Assembly (NCBI GenBank): GCA_944321435.1 | Contig: CALULH010000001.1 | Span: forward strand, 252,452 to 316,451 | Direction of reading: 5' to 3' | DNA from: an uncultured Coriobacteriaceae bacterium | Lineage (GTDB): Bacteria; Actinomycetota; Coriobacteriia; Coriobacteriales; Coriobacteriaceae | Length of the DNA stretch: 64,000 nt | In this document: positions 9,398-20,489 of the stretch, piece by piece | How the letters are laid out: each line of letters opens with the position of its first letter | How positions within the stretch are numbered: position 1 is the first letter of the stretch | The notes under the pieces: model-generated | Told to the model about the DNA's origin: nothing | Seen by the model: the letters and a program-made list of their open reading frames with translations, nothing else | Database searches by the model: none | Program-made: the position numbers and the translations under genes

Positions 9398-10723
9398 CTA
9401 CGCCAGGCCCAGGTCCGCGCGCGATGCAAGGTACTCGGCCATATCCTCCTGAGCGCGTGCCGCGTAGGCGGCGTAGCGCTCGCGCTTCTTGCGCCGGCGG
9501 CCGTCCTCGAGCGGCGGCACCAGGCCGAAGTTCACATGCATGGGCTGGTAGCCCTCCGTGGCGGGATCGGTGGCGTAGGCTGCGAGCGCGCCGAAGGCCG
9601 TGGTGCGCGGCAGCTCGACGGCGGGGGCGCCCACGAGGTCGGCATAGGTGTTGAGGGCGGCCAGGAGGCCCGAGGCCATGGCCTCGACGTAGCCCTCCGT
9701 GCCAGTGATCTGACCGGCCAGACGCACCTGGGTGCCAGGCACGCGGAACGTTCGGTCCAACACGTGGGGCGCGTCCACGAAGGTGTTGCGGTGCATGACG
9801 CCGTAGCGGAAGAACTCCGCGCCCTCAAGGCCCGGAACCATGCGGAACACGCGCTTCTGCTCGCCGAAGGTCAGGTTCGTCTGGAACCCCACGAGGTTGT
9901 AGGCGGTCCGGTCGGCGTTCTCCGCGCGCAGCTGCAACGCCGCCCACGGGCGCCTGCCGCTGCGCGGGTCGGTGAGGCCCACCGGCTTCATGGCGCCGAA
10001 GCGCAGCGCGTCGTGCCCGGTGCGGGCGACCTCCTCGGCGGGCTGGCAGGCCTGGAAGAGCTCGCGGCGCTCGAAATCCTTCAGCACCACGCGCTCCGCG
10101 CCCACAAGTGCGTCTATGAACGCGTCATATTCCTCGCGCGTGAACGGCGCGTTGAGGTAGTCGCCCTCGCCCGCCTCGCCGTAACGAGACTGAGTGAACA
10201 ACACGGAGCGGTCAATAGTCGCCGCGTCCACGATAGGCGCCGCGGCGTCGTAGAAGGAGAGGGCCTCCCCTCCCACGAGCGCGTGGATCTTCTCGGCCAA
10301 AGCGGGCGAGCAGAGCGGGCCGGCGGCTATGACCGCGGGGCCCTCCGGGATATCGGCCACCTCCCCGCGGACGACCTCGATGTTCTCGGCCGCGCCCACA
10401 AGCTCCTCCACGTACGCCGAGAAGCGGTCGCGGTCCACGGCGAGCGCGCCCCCAGCCGGCACCGCGGCGCGCTCAGCGCAGGCGAGCAGATCCGACCCCA
10501 GCATGCGCAGCTCGCGCTTGAGCAGGCCGGCGGCCGAGTCCTCGCGCGTGGATTTGAGCGAGTTGGAGCACACGAGCTCCGCCAGGCGCCCGGTGTGGTG
10601 CGCCGGGGAGCAAACGTCCGGGCGCATCTCGCAGAGGCGCACGGGCACGCCGCGCTTTGCCAGCGCGAGCGCGCATTCCGAACCGGCCAGGCCGCCGCCC
10701 ACCACCGTTACCGTCTGCTGCAT
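9398..10723 (-). CDS. trmFO: methylenetetrahydrofolate--tRNA-(uracil-5-)-methyltransferase TrmFO
   Basis: VTVVGGGLAGSECA FAD motif and Gid/TrmFO-like sequence throughout. Start at MQQTV (10723) after AAAGGGGA. Confidence 0.9.
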   Translation of the reverse strand: MQQTVTVVGGGLAGSECALALAKRGVPVRLCEMRPDVCSPAHHTGRLAELVCSNSLKSTREDSAAGLLKRELRMLGSDLLACAERAAVPAGGALAVDRDRFSAYVEELVGAAENIEVVRGEVADIPEGPAVIAAGPLCSPALAEKIHALVGGEALSFYDAAAPIVDAATIDRSVLFTQSRYGEAGEGDYLNAPFTREEYDAFIDALVGAERVVLKDFERRELFQACQPAEEVARTGHDALRFGAMKPVGLTDPRSGRRPWAALQLRAENADRTAYNLVGFQTNLTFGEQKRVFRMVPGLEGAEFFRYGVMHRNTFVDAPHVLDRTFRVPGTQVRLAGQITGTEGYVEAMASGLLAALNTYADLVGAPAVELPRTTAFGALAAYATDPATEGYQPMHVNFGLVPPLEDGRRRKKRERYAAYAARAQEDMAEYLASRADLGLA

Positions 10724-10841
10724 GGATCCCCTTTCCGCGTTGGGCTTTTGCCCACCCATTCTGACGGAACCGCGCGTTTTTGCAACGCGCACGCACAGGC
10801 CGCACGGCCTCTGCAAAACGCGCGCCCCGATTCCCCGGTGC

Positions 10842-11780
10842 TCATGCGCCGAAGGAGGTCATGAGGCGCAAAGCATGCTGCGATGCCGTGTACGAGCCGT
10901 CCGGGAGCCGGCAGACGAGCCCCTCGCCCTCAAGGCCGCCCAGCACCTCCAGCGCGCGCACAACGCCTACGTCGAGCATGCGCGCAAGCGCCTCCACGCG
11001 CGCGGGCGAGGCGGTCACGGCCGAGAGCACGCGCCTCTCGGCCCCGCTTAAGGGACCGGTGCCGGGGGCGGGCCCGTGCGTGAACCGCAGCGTTCCGAAG
11101 ATCCGCGATACGGCGACCTCGAGCGAGGGCTCGTCGACGATGCAGGTGGCCCCCTCGGCGATGAGGTGGTTGGTGCCGCGCGAGAGGGGCGACAGGATGG
11201 AACCGGGGGCGCAGAGCAGCTCGCGGCCGATCTCGACCGCCGCCTCGGCGGTCGACAGGGTGCCCGAGGGCATGCCCGCCTCGCTGATGAAAAGCGCCCT
11301 CGAAAGCGCGGCGATCACCCGGTTGCGTGCCGGAAACGCAAAGCGCCGCGGCCCGGCGCCCCATGGCGCTATGGACACGACCGCGCCGCCCCCTTTGGCC
11401 AAGCGCAGCAGCAGATCGCGCGCCCCCGCCGGATACACGACGTCGGCGCCGGTGCCGAGCACGGCAACATGCGTGCCACCCGCGGCGATGGCCGCGCGGC
11501 CTGCCGCCTGGTCGCACCCGATGGCCCCGCCCGACACAACGCTGACGCCGGCCTCCACGGCGACGCGGGCGGCGAGTGCCGCCACCTCGGTCCCGTAGGG
11601 CGTGGCGCGGCGCGCCCCTATGATGGAGATGCTCGGCAGCGCCAGCGTCGCCGGGTCCCCGTACCCGTAAAGGCGCCGCGGGGGCCGCGGCAGGTCGTTG
11701 AGCTGCGGCGGCCACAGGCTGTCATCAGGATCGAGCTCGAAACGCGGCAGGCCCGCGTAGTCCCCGTACGTAACGGACAT
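10842..11780 (-). CDS. dprA: DNA-processing protein DprA
   Basis: IIGARRATPYG...VVSGGAIGCD...ARNRVIAALS Rossmann-like DprA motifs. ATG at 11780, directly after the comM stop. Confidence 0.9.
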   Translation of the reverse strand: MSVTYGDYAGLPRFELDPDDSLWPPQLNDLPRPPRRLYGYGDPATLALPSISIIGARRATPYGTEVAALAARVAVEAGVSVVSGGAIGCDQAAGRAAIAAGGTHVAVLGTGADVVYPAGARDLLLRLAKGGGAVVSIAPWGAGPRRFAFPARNRVIAALSRALFISEAGMPSGTLSTAEAAVEIGRELLCAPGSILSPLSRGTNHLIAEGATCIVDEPSLEVAVSRIFGTLRFTHGPAPGTGPLSGAERRVLSAVTASPARVEALARMLDVGVVRALEVLGGLEGEGLVCRLPDGSYTASQHALRLMTSFGA

Positions 11781-11788
11781 AGCTCCCC

Positions 11789-13291
11789 CTATCCGCGGTT
11801 GCCGCGGTACGCCGCGGCCTCGCGCACATGCTCCGGCCGTATGGCCTCGGCGGCGTCCAGGTCGGCGATGGTGCGGGCTATGCGGGCGAGCCGCGCGATG
11901 CCGCGCCCCGTCAGATGCGCGCTGCGCGCCAAGGCGAGAAGCGCGTCCTCCGATTCCGCGGGCATGGAGGGCCGCCCGCCCAGCCGGTTGAGGCGCCCCG
12001 CCGCGTCGGGAGCATCCCCCTTGCCCCCGCGCCAAGCGGCGAAGGCGCGCGCCTCGCGCACCTGCTCGCGCATCTGCGCGGTGGAGAGCCCCTCGACGCC
12101 CGCCACGATCTCCTTTGCATCGGGGCGCCGTATGGCGAGCACCATGTCGATGCGGTCGGCTAAGGGCCCGCCCAGCCGCTCCTGGTAGCGCTCCACGCGC
12201 GTCGCGGAGCACGCGCAGGGACGATCCGGGTCTCCCAGGTTGCCGCAAGGGCAGGGGTTGCTCGCCGCAACAAGCTGAAAGCGCGCCGGGAACTCGAAGG
12301 CCCCCTCTACGCGTACCACGTGCGCCACGCCCTCCTCCAGGGGCTGGCGCAAGGATTGCAGCACGCTGACGGGAAACTCGGCGAGCTCGTCCAGGAACAG
12401 CACGCCGCGGTGCGCCAGGCTGATCTCGCCAGGGCGCACCGGTCGCCCGCCGCCCACCAGCCCGGCGAGCGACACGGTGTGGTGCGGGCTGCGGAAGGGG
12501 CGCGTCCCGGCGAGCAGCCCTTCCAGGGGCTCGCCGGCGATGGAGTGGATGGCGAGCGCCTCCTCGAGCTCCCGCTCCCCCAGCGCGGGCAGGATGCCCG
12601 GCAAGCGCGAGGCGAGCATGGACTTGCCCGACCCGGGACTTCCCACCATGAGCAGGCTGTGCCCGCCCGCAGCCGCTATGACGAAGGCGCGCTTCGCGAT
12701 TTCCTGCCCGATCACGTCGACGTAGTCGCCCGCGCTATGCGCAGGCGCGGCCCGCGGTGCGCCGAGCGGCTCCGGAACGTGCGTCAACCCCTGGGCAAGC
12801 TGCGCGATGCCCTCCAAGCCGGATGCCTCGACACCGTCGACCACCGTACGGCACGAGAAGCGGCTCTCCACGAGTCGCAAGCGCTCGCGCCGTGCGTAGA
12901 GCTGGTAAGCGACCTCGCCCTTGACCGGGCAAACCCTTCCGTCCAAGGCAAGCTCGCCGACGAAAACCGCGTCATCGAGCCCAGAGGTCGGGATCTGCCC
13001 TGTCGCAGCCAAGATGCCGACCGCGATGGGAAGGTCGAACCCAGGACCAACCTTGCGCACGTCCCCGGGTGCGAGATTGACCGTGATATGGCCGCGGGGC
13101 ATATCGAACCCGGCCGCGCGCAGGGAGCAGCGGATGCGCGAGCGCGCCTCCATGACAGCCGTGTCGGCCATGCCCACGATGGTCATGGACGGCAGTCCGC
13201 CCGACAGGTCGATCTCCACGGTAACGGGCAGGACCTCGACGCCGCGGATGCAGGCGGCGTGCACCGCGAACCCTCCCGGACCGCCGCTCAT
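11789..13291 (-). CDS. comM: YifB/ComM family Mg-chelatase-like AAA+ ATPase
   Basis: N-terminal Lon-protease-like domain (VEIDLSGGLPSMTIVGMADTAV), Walker A GSPGSGKSM, GVLFLDELAEF. ATG at 13291 overlaps the yraN stop (ATGA). Confidence 0.9.
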   Translation of the reverse strand: MSGGPGGFAVHAACIRGVEVLPVTVEIDLSGGLPSMTIVGMADTAVMEARSRIRCSLRAAGFDMPRGHITVNLAPGDVRKVGPGFDLPIAVGILAATGQIPTSGLDDAVFVGELALDGRVCPVKGEVAYQLYARRERLRLVESRFSCRTVVDGVEASGLEGIAQLAQGLTHVPEPLGAPRAAPAHSAGDYVDVIGQEIAKRAFVIAAAGGHSLLMVGSPGSGKSMLASRLPGILPALGERELEEALAIHSIAGEPLEGLLAGTRPFRSPHHTVSLAGLVGGGRPVRPGEISLAHRGVLFLDELAEFPVSVLQSLRQPLEEGVAHVVRVEGAFEFPARFQLVAASNPCPCGNLGDPDRPCACSATRVERYQERLGGPLADRIDMVLAIRRPDAKEIVAGVEGLSTAQMREQVREARAFAAWRGGKGDAPDAAGRLNRLGGRPSMPAESEDALLALARSAHLTGRGIARLARIARTIADLDAAEAIRPEHVREAAAYRGNRG

Positions 13292-13689
13292 AGCGCATCG
13301 TCCCACATGCAGGGGTCCTCGAAAAGCTTCACGTACGCGCTCGAACCGTTGACCACGCGCACGGCCACCACGTGAAACCGGATGTCCCCGCTGCCGGGGA
13401 ACCGCGCGGCCCAGCACGCCGCTATGCGCCGGTAGCGGTTGCGTTTCTCGGCCGTTACGGACTCCTCGGGAAAGCACGGGCCCCATCCGGGCGCCGCCCG
13501 CCGCGTCTTGACCTCGACCAGCGCCATCGCGCCGTCCTTCTCCGCCACGATGTCCGCCTCGCCGGCAGCGCAGCGCCAGTTGCGCTGCAGGATCTCGTAG
13601 CCGCGCTCGCCCAAAAACGAGCAAGCGACCTCCTCGCCGAACATGCCGAGCTCGCGAGCGGTGGAACCAAGGGTAAGCCGTTCGTGCAT
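13288..13689 (-). CDS. YraN family endonuclease-like protein (UPF0102)
   Basis: GEEVACSFLGERGYEILQRNWRCAAGEADIVA...LVEVKTR pattern. Start chosen at MHERL (13689) behind GAAGGGAG; an upstream ATG at 13719 is possible. Confidence 0.8.
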   Translation of the reverse strand: MHERLTLGSTARELGMFGEEVACSFLGERGYEILQRNWRCAAGEADIVAEKDGAMALVEVKTRRAAPGWGPCFPEESVTAEKRNRYRRIAACWAARFPGSGDIRFHVVAVRVVNGSSAYVKLFEDPCMWDDAL

Positions 13690-13854
13690 ATGCGCTCCCT
13701 TCTCGTAGACGGGAGGCATTGTCGCGCCGGGATCCAACCGGCGTCCCACAGGCGGCCAACCGAACCTTGGCGGCAATCCGATCGAATCCAACCGCTTTCC
13801 CACGCGCCCTGCTCAGGCAACGAGCAGAAACTCATGCGCATGAGCGGCGGCAGA

Positions 13855-14643
13855 TCAGAACAGAGTATCGGTTTTCAGAAAGTTTCCACAAAAGCTCACG
13901 CGATGCAGCGGGCAGAGCCCGTGCTCCTGGATGGCGGCGATGTGCTCCGAGGAGGCGTAGCCCTTGCACGCGTCGAAATGGTACGCAGGGTACTCCTCCG
14001 CATAGGAGACCATGAGCTCGTCACGCGTGACCTTGGCCACAATGGAGGCTGCCGCGATGCATGCCACCTGCGCGTCACCGTGCACCACGCTCCGCTCGCG
14101 CGGATGGGCACGCAGGGGGTTCCCATCCATGAGCACGCAATCCGGATCGAGGCCCGTGTCGGACACCGCGCGCTGAACCGCCAGGCGCAGCGCGGCGGCC
14201 ATGCCCATGCGGTCGATGTCCTCAGCAGGTATATGGGCGATCCCGACAGCGCGCGCAGTCTCCGCGATCCGCGCGGCCAGCACCTCGCGTTTGGCGGGCG
14301 AAAGCTTCTTGGAGTCGTTGAGCCCCCAAATGCGCGGCTCGTCCGGCAGGCAAACGGCGCAAACGGTGAGCGGTCCCGCCACGGACCCGCGGCCAACCTC
14401 GTCTACGCCGACCACCGTTCCCGGGCCGCCCAGCTCGTTCATCAGGGCGTACATGCCGTCCACGCGCGCATGCTCGGCGCGTTCCTTCTCCAAGCGGCGC
14501 GCCGCCCGATCGCAGGCCTTCCGCACCTGCTGACGCGGATCGTCGGCAAAGCGGGCGAGAAGCCCCTCGATCTCTTCGAGCGGGGCGGACCCCAGCTCGG
14601 CGGCCACCTGGGCCGCCGACCACGAGCTTGTCATGTTGGCCAT
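13855..14643 (-). CDS. rnhB: ribonuclease HII
   Basis: VVGVDEVGRGSVAGPL catalytic motif. Start MANMTSS at 14643 behind GAGGGAGG. Confidence 0.92.
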   Translation of the reverse strand: MANMTSSWSAAQVAAELGSAPLEEIEGLLARFADDPRQQVRKACDRAARRLEKERAEHARVDGMYALMNELGGPGTVVGVDEVGRGSVAGPLTVCAVCLPDEPRIWGLNDSKKLSPAKREVLAARIAETARAVGIAHIPAEDIDRMGMAAALRLAVQRAVSDTGLDPDCVLMDGNPLRAHPRERSVVHGDAQVACIAAASIVAKVTRDELMVSYAEEYPAYHFDACKGYASSEHIAAIQEHGLCPLHRVSFCGNFLKTDTLF

Positions 14644-14712
14644 CCGGCGCCTCCCTCTGCTGCCGCGTCGTGTCCGCAAGAAAGTATACCGCGCGAGGCT
14701 GCGCCCAGCGCC

Positions 14713-14763
14713 CGCGCACCACGCGCACCACGCGCACCACGCGCACCACGCGCACCACGCGCA
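14713..14763. repeat. tandem repeat, 9-bp unit CGCGCACCA, five full copies plus a partial sixth
   Basis: Read directly from the sequence: cgcgcacca x5 (14713-14757), then cgcgcat. Intergenic, between the rplS terminator and the rnhB start. Confidence 0.95.
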
Positions 14764-14765
14764 TG

Positions 14766-14798
14766 AAAAAAAGCCGCCCCGTGCACGGGGCGGCTTTT
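14766..14798 (-). terminator. intrinsic terminator downstream of rplS (A-run/T-run on both sides, potentially bidirectional)
   Basis: AAAAAAA-GCCGCCCCG-TGCA-CGGGGCGGC-TTTT, 17 nt after the rplS stop. Confidence 0.8.
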
Positions 14799-14814
14799 CT
14801 GAGAGCCGATACGC

Positions 14815-15162
14815 TTAGTGAGCGCGCTTCTCCGGGATGCGGGCAGCCTTGCCCACGCGATCGCGCAGGTAGTAGAGCTTGGCGCGACGCACGCGGCCGT
14901 GGCGCACGATCTCGAGCTTGGCGATCTTGGGGCTGTGCACCGGGAAGGTGCGCTCAACGCCGATGCCGAAGGAGATCTTGCGAACGGTGAAGGTCTCGCG
15001 GGCGCCAGCGCCGGCCATGCGGATGACGTCGCCCTGGAAGACCTGAATGCGCTCGCGGTCGCCTTCCTTGATGCGGTAGTGCACCTTCACGTTGTCGCCA
15101 ACGCGAACCTGCGGCAGGTCCTCGCGGATCTGCTGACGCTCAATAGCGCGGATGTAGTCCAT
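14815..15162 (-). CDS. rplS: 50S ribosomal protein L19
   Basis: 115 aa with a typical L19 sequence ([27 protein letters not shown]). Confidence 0.96.
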   Translation of the reverse strand: MDYIRAIERQQIREDLPQVRVGDNVKVHYRIKEGDRERIQVFQGDVIRMAGAGARETFTVRKISFGIGVERTFPVHSPKIAKLEIVRHGRVRRAKLYYLRDRVGKAARIPEKRAH

Positions 15163-15450
15163 GACTCTTTCCTTTACTCTCTGCTCTAGAGGTGCCGCCG
15201 CTCACGCGAGGGCACATAGGCGTGGACACACAAGCGAGTACTATACACGATTTCCCCGAGCTCGGCGAGAACACCACAACCTTCATACTTCTCCATGCGA
15301 GAAGAGCGGCCATGAAGCAACCGTAACCAGAGAGGACCTGGGGCGTTGTTCTGCGCGATTTCTGAGCCTGGCTTTGCGCTACGCGGAGCGCGCGCAAAGA
15401 TGCGGGCGAATATGAGCGCAGGGCAACGTCCCGGGAGCCCCGAACGGCAA

Positions 15451-15483
15451 TGTGCCACATTAAGCACGGCCTAATGTGGCACA
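15451..15483 (-). terminator. hairpin downstream of glyS, putative terminator
   Basis: Perfect 12-bp arms tgtgccacatta / taatgtggcaca with a 9-nt loop, 12 nt after the glyS stop. The following T-tract is weak (UUGCCGUU). Confidence 0.4.
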
Positions 15484-15494
15484 CGTGAACACAC

Positions 15495-17591
15495 TTACTT
15501 CTTCTTGGCGAGCGCCCCCATGTCGGCGATGCCGGCAAAGACAGACTCGAAGCGGTTGAGCAGGCGCAGGCGGTTATCGCGCAGGGACTCGTCCTTGTCC
15601 ATGACCAAGACGTCGTCGAAGAACCGGTCGATGGGCGCGCGCAACGCGGCCAACGCGGCGATGACGGCGGCGTAGTCCTTGGCGTCCAAAGCCTGGGAGA
15701 CGGCGTCCGCGGCACCGGCAACGGCGTCGTTGAGCGCCTGCTCCGCCTCGCCCATGAGCGCGGCATCCACGTCCCCTCCGAGCTCGGCGTCGGCCAGATG
15801 GCTGGCGCGGGCGTAGGCGGTCGCAAGGTTCTCGAAGGTCTCCGGGTCGTTCTTGCGCGCATCCTCAAGGGCGCGGGCCAAGGCGAGGTAGTCGGCCGGG
15901 GCGCTCACCGAGCCGGCGGAGACGGCGGCAACGGTGTCTGCGGAGATCTTCTCGTCACGCGCCATCTGCTCGAGACGGCCCTTGATGAAGGCGCTCACCG
16001 CCTGGGCCACCGCGCCGGCGTTAAACGCAATGCCCTGCTCGGCGTAGGACGCAAGCGCGGGCTCCACGAGCTCCTCGTAACCGCAGCCCAGGCGCTGGCG
16101 CAGGATGTTGAGCACGCCGATGGCGCTGCGGCGCAGGGCGAACGGGTCCTTGGAGCCGGTCGGCGGCTCGTCGATGGCGAACATGCCCGCGATGGTGTCG
16201 AGCTTGTCAGCCACCGCGACGATGCATCCGGCAAGGCCGGCGGGCAGCTCATCACCGGCGAAACGCGGGCGGTAGTGATCGCGGATGGCAGCGGCGACCT
16301 CGTCGTTCTCACCGGCGGCCGCGGCGTAGTAGCCGCCCATCACGCCCTGCTGACTCGTAAACTCAACCACCGCCGACGAAACCAGGTCCGCCTTGCACAG
16401 GTGTCCGGCACGCACCGCGTCAGCGGCCGTCTGGGCATCGGCACCCGCTGCGGAGGCAACGGCGGCTGCAAGCTTCTCGATGCGCTCGGACTTCTGCAGC
16501 ACGCTGCCGAGCTTCTCCTGGAAGGCAACCTGGGACAGACGGCTGCGGAACTCCTCCAGCGAAACCTTGAGGTCCTCGTCGTAGAAGAACTTGGCGTCGT
16601 AGAGGCGGGCGCGCACGACGCGCTCGTTGCCGTCGATGATGCGATCGGAGCATTCCGGGCGTCCGTTGGAGACCACCACAAACTCGCGCGTGAGGTTGCC
16701 CGCGGCGTCGTAGATCGGGAAGTAGCGCTGGTTGGAGAGCATGGACTCGCAGATGATCTCGTGCGGGACCTGCAGGAACTCCTCGTCGAACCTGCCTACC
16801 AGCACGGTCGGCCACTCGCAGAGGTTCACCACCTCGTCGAGCACCTTCTTGGGCGTGTCCACATGCGCTCCGCCGCGCTCAGCCTCCACGGCGGCAATGC
16901 CCTCGGCGATGACGGCGCGGCGGCGCTCCTCGGAAAGGACACCCGCGGCCTCCAGCACCTGCTCGTAGGCGGCGGGCTCCGCAACCGCGTGCTCGCCAGG
17001 CGCCAGAACGCGATGGCCCCGGGTGGTGTTGCCGCTCGTCACGTCGGCGTAGCGCACGGGTACGACCTCGGTGCCGAAGAGCACGCACAGCCACCGAACC
17101 GGGCGCACGAAGGTCTGATGCGTGCTGCCCCAGCGCTGGCTGCGGTAGTTGGGCCACTCCAGGCCGGCGATAACCTTCTCGCAGAGCGCGGACAGGATGG
17201 GCTCGGCCGCCGCGGAGGGGATGTTCTTCTCGGCGAACACGTACTCGCGTCCGTCGGCGTCCTGGCGGCGGACAAGCTCGGCGGCCGCCACGCCGTTCTT
17301 GCGCGCGAAGCCCTCGGCGGCCTTGGTGGGGTTGCCATCCGCGTCGAAGGCGATGGCCGCGGCGGGGCCGCGCTTGACCTCGTGCACCTCGTCGGTAGCC
17401 ACGGCCACGGCCTCGACGAGCGCCGCCAGGCGGCGGGGCGAGGAGATCACGCGGACCGCGCCGTGGGAGAGGCCGGCCTCGTCGAGGCCGCGCGCCACCA
17501 TGGGCCCGAACTGCTTGACCGCGTTGATGAGCGGCGCCGAGGGCATCTCCTCGGTGCCGATCTCGAACAGGAAATCACGGGTCTCGGCCAT
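15495..17591 (-). CDS. glyS: glycine--tRNA ligase beta subunit
   Basis: Starts MAETRDFLFEIGTEEMPSAPL, a typical GlyS N-terminus. ATG at 17591, 1 nt after the glyQ stop. The track ORF is artificially extended upstream. Confidence 0.93.
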   Translation of the reverse strand: MAETRDFLFEIGTEEMPSAPLINAVKQFGPMVARGLDEAGLSHGAVRVISSPRRLAALVEAVAVATDEVHEVKRGPAAAIAFDADGNPTKAAEGFARKNGVAAAELVRRQDADGREYVFAEKNIPSAAAEPILSALCEKVIAGLEWPNYRSQRWGSTHQTFVRPVRWLCVLFGTEVVPVRYADVTSGNTTRGHRVLAPGEHAVAEPAAYEQVLEAAGVLSEERRRAVIAEGIAAVEAERGGAHVDTPKKVLDEVVNLCEWPTVLVGRFDEEFLQVPHEIICESMLSNQRYFPIYDAAGNLTREFVVVSNGRPECSDRIIDGNERVVRARLYDAKFFYDEDLKVSLEEFRSRLSQVAFQEKLGSVLQKSERIEKLAAAVASAAGADAQTAADAVRAGHLCKADLVSSAVVEFTSQQGVMGGYYAAAAGENDEVAAAIRDHYRPRFAGDELPAGLAGCIVAVADKLDTIAGMFAIDEPPTGSKDPFALRRSAIGVLNILRQRLGCGYEELVEPALASYAEQGIAFNAGAVAQAVSAFIKGRLEQMARDEKISADTVAAVSAGSVSAPADYLALARALEDARKNDPETFENLATAYARASHLADAELGGDVDAALMGEAEQALNDAVAGAADAVSQALDAKDYAAVIAALAALRAPIDRFFDDVLVMDKDESLRDNRLRLLNRFESVFAGIADMGALAKKK

Positions 17592-17592
17592 C

Positions 17593-18504
<912 letters not shown>

Positions 18505-18563
18505 CCGCATCTCCTTGTCGAACGTTATTGCGTGCACGGGCGCGGAGCCCGCCGAACGAAACC

Positions 18564-19127
18564 CTATTCTACGACACCCAGGCGGTCGAGCGGCCAGTAG
18601 CGCAGGAACACCACTGCCTGGACGCTGTCCTCGTCAACCGCCCCGAAGTAACGCGAGTCCGCGGAGTTCTCGCGGTTATCGCCCATAACCCAGATCTGGC
18701 CCTCGGGCACGGTGTAGGGAAAGCTCACCGCAACGCCGGGAGCCTGCTGCAGAAGGGGCCAGCTCTCCCCCGTCACGTACGGCTCGTCCAGGCGCTCCCC
18801 GTCCACGTACACCGCGCCTTGGCGCAGGTCGACGGTTTGCCCGCCGGTTGCGATGACGCGCTTGACCAGGATATCGTGATCGGAGGCGCCGTCGGGATTC
18901 GAGAAGACCACGATGTCGCCCTGGCTCACGGGCTGGCCCAAAAGCCGGGTCACCTTCTGGCCGAAGAGCCGGTCGCCGATCTCGATGGTGTCCTCCATGG
19001 ACCCGGTGGGAACCTCGTACGCCTGCACCACGAAGGTGTTGAGGGCAAAGGCCACCACGGCGGCCACGGCCAGCACGCCGACCCACTCCAAAGCCTCGCG
19101 CAGAAGCGCGTTTCTCGCGGGAACCAC
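18564..19127 (-). CDS. lepB: signal peptidase I
   Basis: TGSMEDTI (catalytic Ser region), [20 protein letters not shown] boxes. No in-frame ATG. GTG at 19127 immediately follows the trmD stop, but the start is uncertain. Confidence 0.85.
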   Translation of the reverse strand: MVPARNALLREALEWVGVLAVAAVVAFALNTFVVQAYEVPTGSMEDTIEIGDRLFGQKVTRLLGQPVSQGDIVVFSNPDGASDHDILVKRVIATGGQTVDLRQGAVYVDGERLDEPYVTGESWPLLQQAPGVAVSFPYTVPEGQIWVMGDNRENSADSRYFGAVDEDSVQAVVFLRYWPLDRLGVVE

Positions 19128-19129
19128 GG

Positions 19130-19894
19130 TTATGCCTCGCTTTCGCTTGACGCGTGCTCGCCATGGAAGCGGGCGACGAGCTCTTGGGCCCGGACGCGCT
19201 CCTCGGGAGCGAGGTCCGCGTGGGCGATAAGATCGGGCCGCCAGCGGCAGGTGCGCTCGAGGGCGTCGGCGCGCCGCCATGCCGCCACCTTGGCATGGTC
19301 TCCGGAGAGCAGCACGGGAGGCACCTCCGCGCCGCGGTACGCAGCCGGGCGGGTGTACTGCGCGTACTCCAGAAGACCAGAGGAGGAGAACGACTCGTCT
19401 GCGGCGCTCATCTCGTCGCCCAAGGCGCCGGGCAGAAGGCGCACCACCGCGTCGGCCACCACCATGGCAGGCAGCTCGCCGCCGGTGAGCACGTAGTCCC
19501 CCAGCGAGATGCGCTCGTCGGCACGGGCGTAAACGCGCTCGTCTATGCCCTCGTAGCGACCGCAGACCATAAGCAGGCGCTCCTCGCGAGCAAGGCGCTC
19601 GGCCGTGCGCTGGGTGAAGGGATCCCCGCAGGGCGTGAAGAAGATCACGTGCGGGCGGGGGCCGGTGGACTCCAGGTCGTCGAGCGCCTCCATGAGCGGC
19701 TCGCACTTCATGAGCATGCCAGCGCCGCCGCCGTAGGGCTCGTCGTCCACGGTGCGGTGGCGGTCATGCGTCCAATCGCGCAGGTCGTAGGCATGGAAGC
19801 TGAAGATCCCCCGCTCCTCGGCGCGGCCCAGAATGGACGCGTGCATGACCGAGGAGAACATGTCCGGGAAAACCGAGAGGGTCTCTATGCGCAT
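19130..19894 (-). CDS. trmD: tRNA (guanine37-N1)-methyltransferase
   Basis: MRIETLSVFPDMF...DDEPYGGGAGMLMK motifs. Confidence 0.95.
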   Translation of the reverse strand: MRIETLSVFPDMFSSVMHASILGRAEERGIFSFHAYDLRDWTHDRHRTVDDEPYGGGAGMLMKCEPLMEALDDLESTGPRPHVIFFTPCGDPFTQRTAERLAREERLLMVCGRYEGIDERVYARADERISLGDYVLTGGELPAMVVADAVVRLLPGALGDEMSAADESFSSSGLLEYAQYTRPAAYRGAEVPPVLLSGDHAKVAAWRRADALERTCRWRPDLIAHADLAPEERVRAQELVARFHGEHASSESEA

Positions 19895-20481
19895 GGGGCG
19901 TCCTCCTCGACTTCCCCGTTACCGACGTCCGCGCCCGCCTGGCGGGAGGCGCGCTCAAAAAGCTCCTCCGGCAAGATGCCGCCCGGCAGGTGCACGGGAA
20001 TGGCACCCTCGTCCGGCAAGTCAAGGACCACATCGGGGATAACGGGCAGGATCGCCTCGCCAAAGCGGCCTTCCACCACCCATGCGTCGTTTGCAGGGCC
20101 GCAGATGACCTCGGTGATGCACCCGATGTCGCCCAGGCGATCGTCCGCAACAGGGCGGTCGATAAGGTCGTCCACCGCGGCGGTGAGCGGCTCGAGGTCA
20201 AGATCGGAGGCCTCGGCCAGCACGTAGCACCCGGTCAGGTCGCTGGCCTCGTCCAAGTTATGGGCACACGAGAAACGCACCAGCCCCGTAGCGCCGTCGC
20301 CGCCGGGCGTGGCGCGCTCGACGGTACTCATGCGCTCGCGGTTGAGCGCCGGCGGGGTCAGGGCAACGCGCATACCCTCGGTAATAAGGAAGGGAAGGCC
20401 GCGCAGCGCAACCACGACGACCTCCCCTTTGGTCCCGTGCGGTTTCTCCACACGGGCTATGTTCTTGCATTGAGTTCTCAA
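19885..20481 (-). CDS. rimM: 16S rRNA processing protein RimM
   Basis: ARVEKPHGTKGEVVV N-terminal motif plus a PRC-barrel-like C-terminus. TTG start; overlaps trmD by 10 nt. Confidence 0.88.
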   Translation of the reverse strand: MRTQCKNIARVEKPHGTKGEVVVVALRGLPFLITEGMRVALTPPALNRERMSTVERATPGGDGATGLVRFSCAHNLDEASDLTGCYVLAEASDLDLEPLTAAVDDLIDRPVADDRLGDIGCITEVICGPANDAWVVEGRFGEAILPVIPDVVLDLPDEGAIPVHLPGGILPEELFERASRQAGADVGNGEVEEDAPCA

Positions 20482-20489
20482 GGGAAAAC

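Noticed and set aside
14633-14818. A 61-aa ORF translating the 9-bp repeat as (HHA)n, which could be read as a His-rich metal-binding peptide. The minus-strand frame gives (VVR)n.
   Set aside because: It has no Shine-Dalgarno, it runs through the rplS terminator hairpin and into the rplS stop region, and the repeat is open in all frames by construction. Best explained as a non-coding tandem repeat.
18505-18563. A T-box leader in front of glyQ-glyS, as found in many Firmicutes.
   Set aside because: Only about 60 nt separate the lepB stop from the glyQ start, far too short for a T-box of 200 nt or more. No specifier or T-box sequence was seen.
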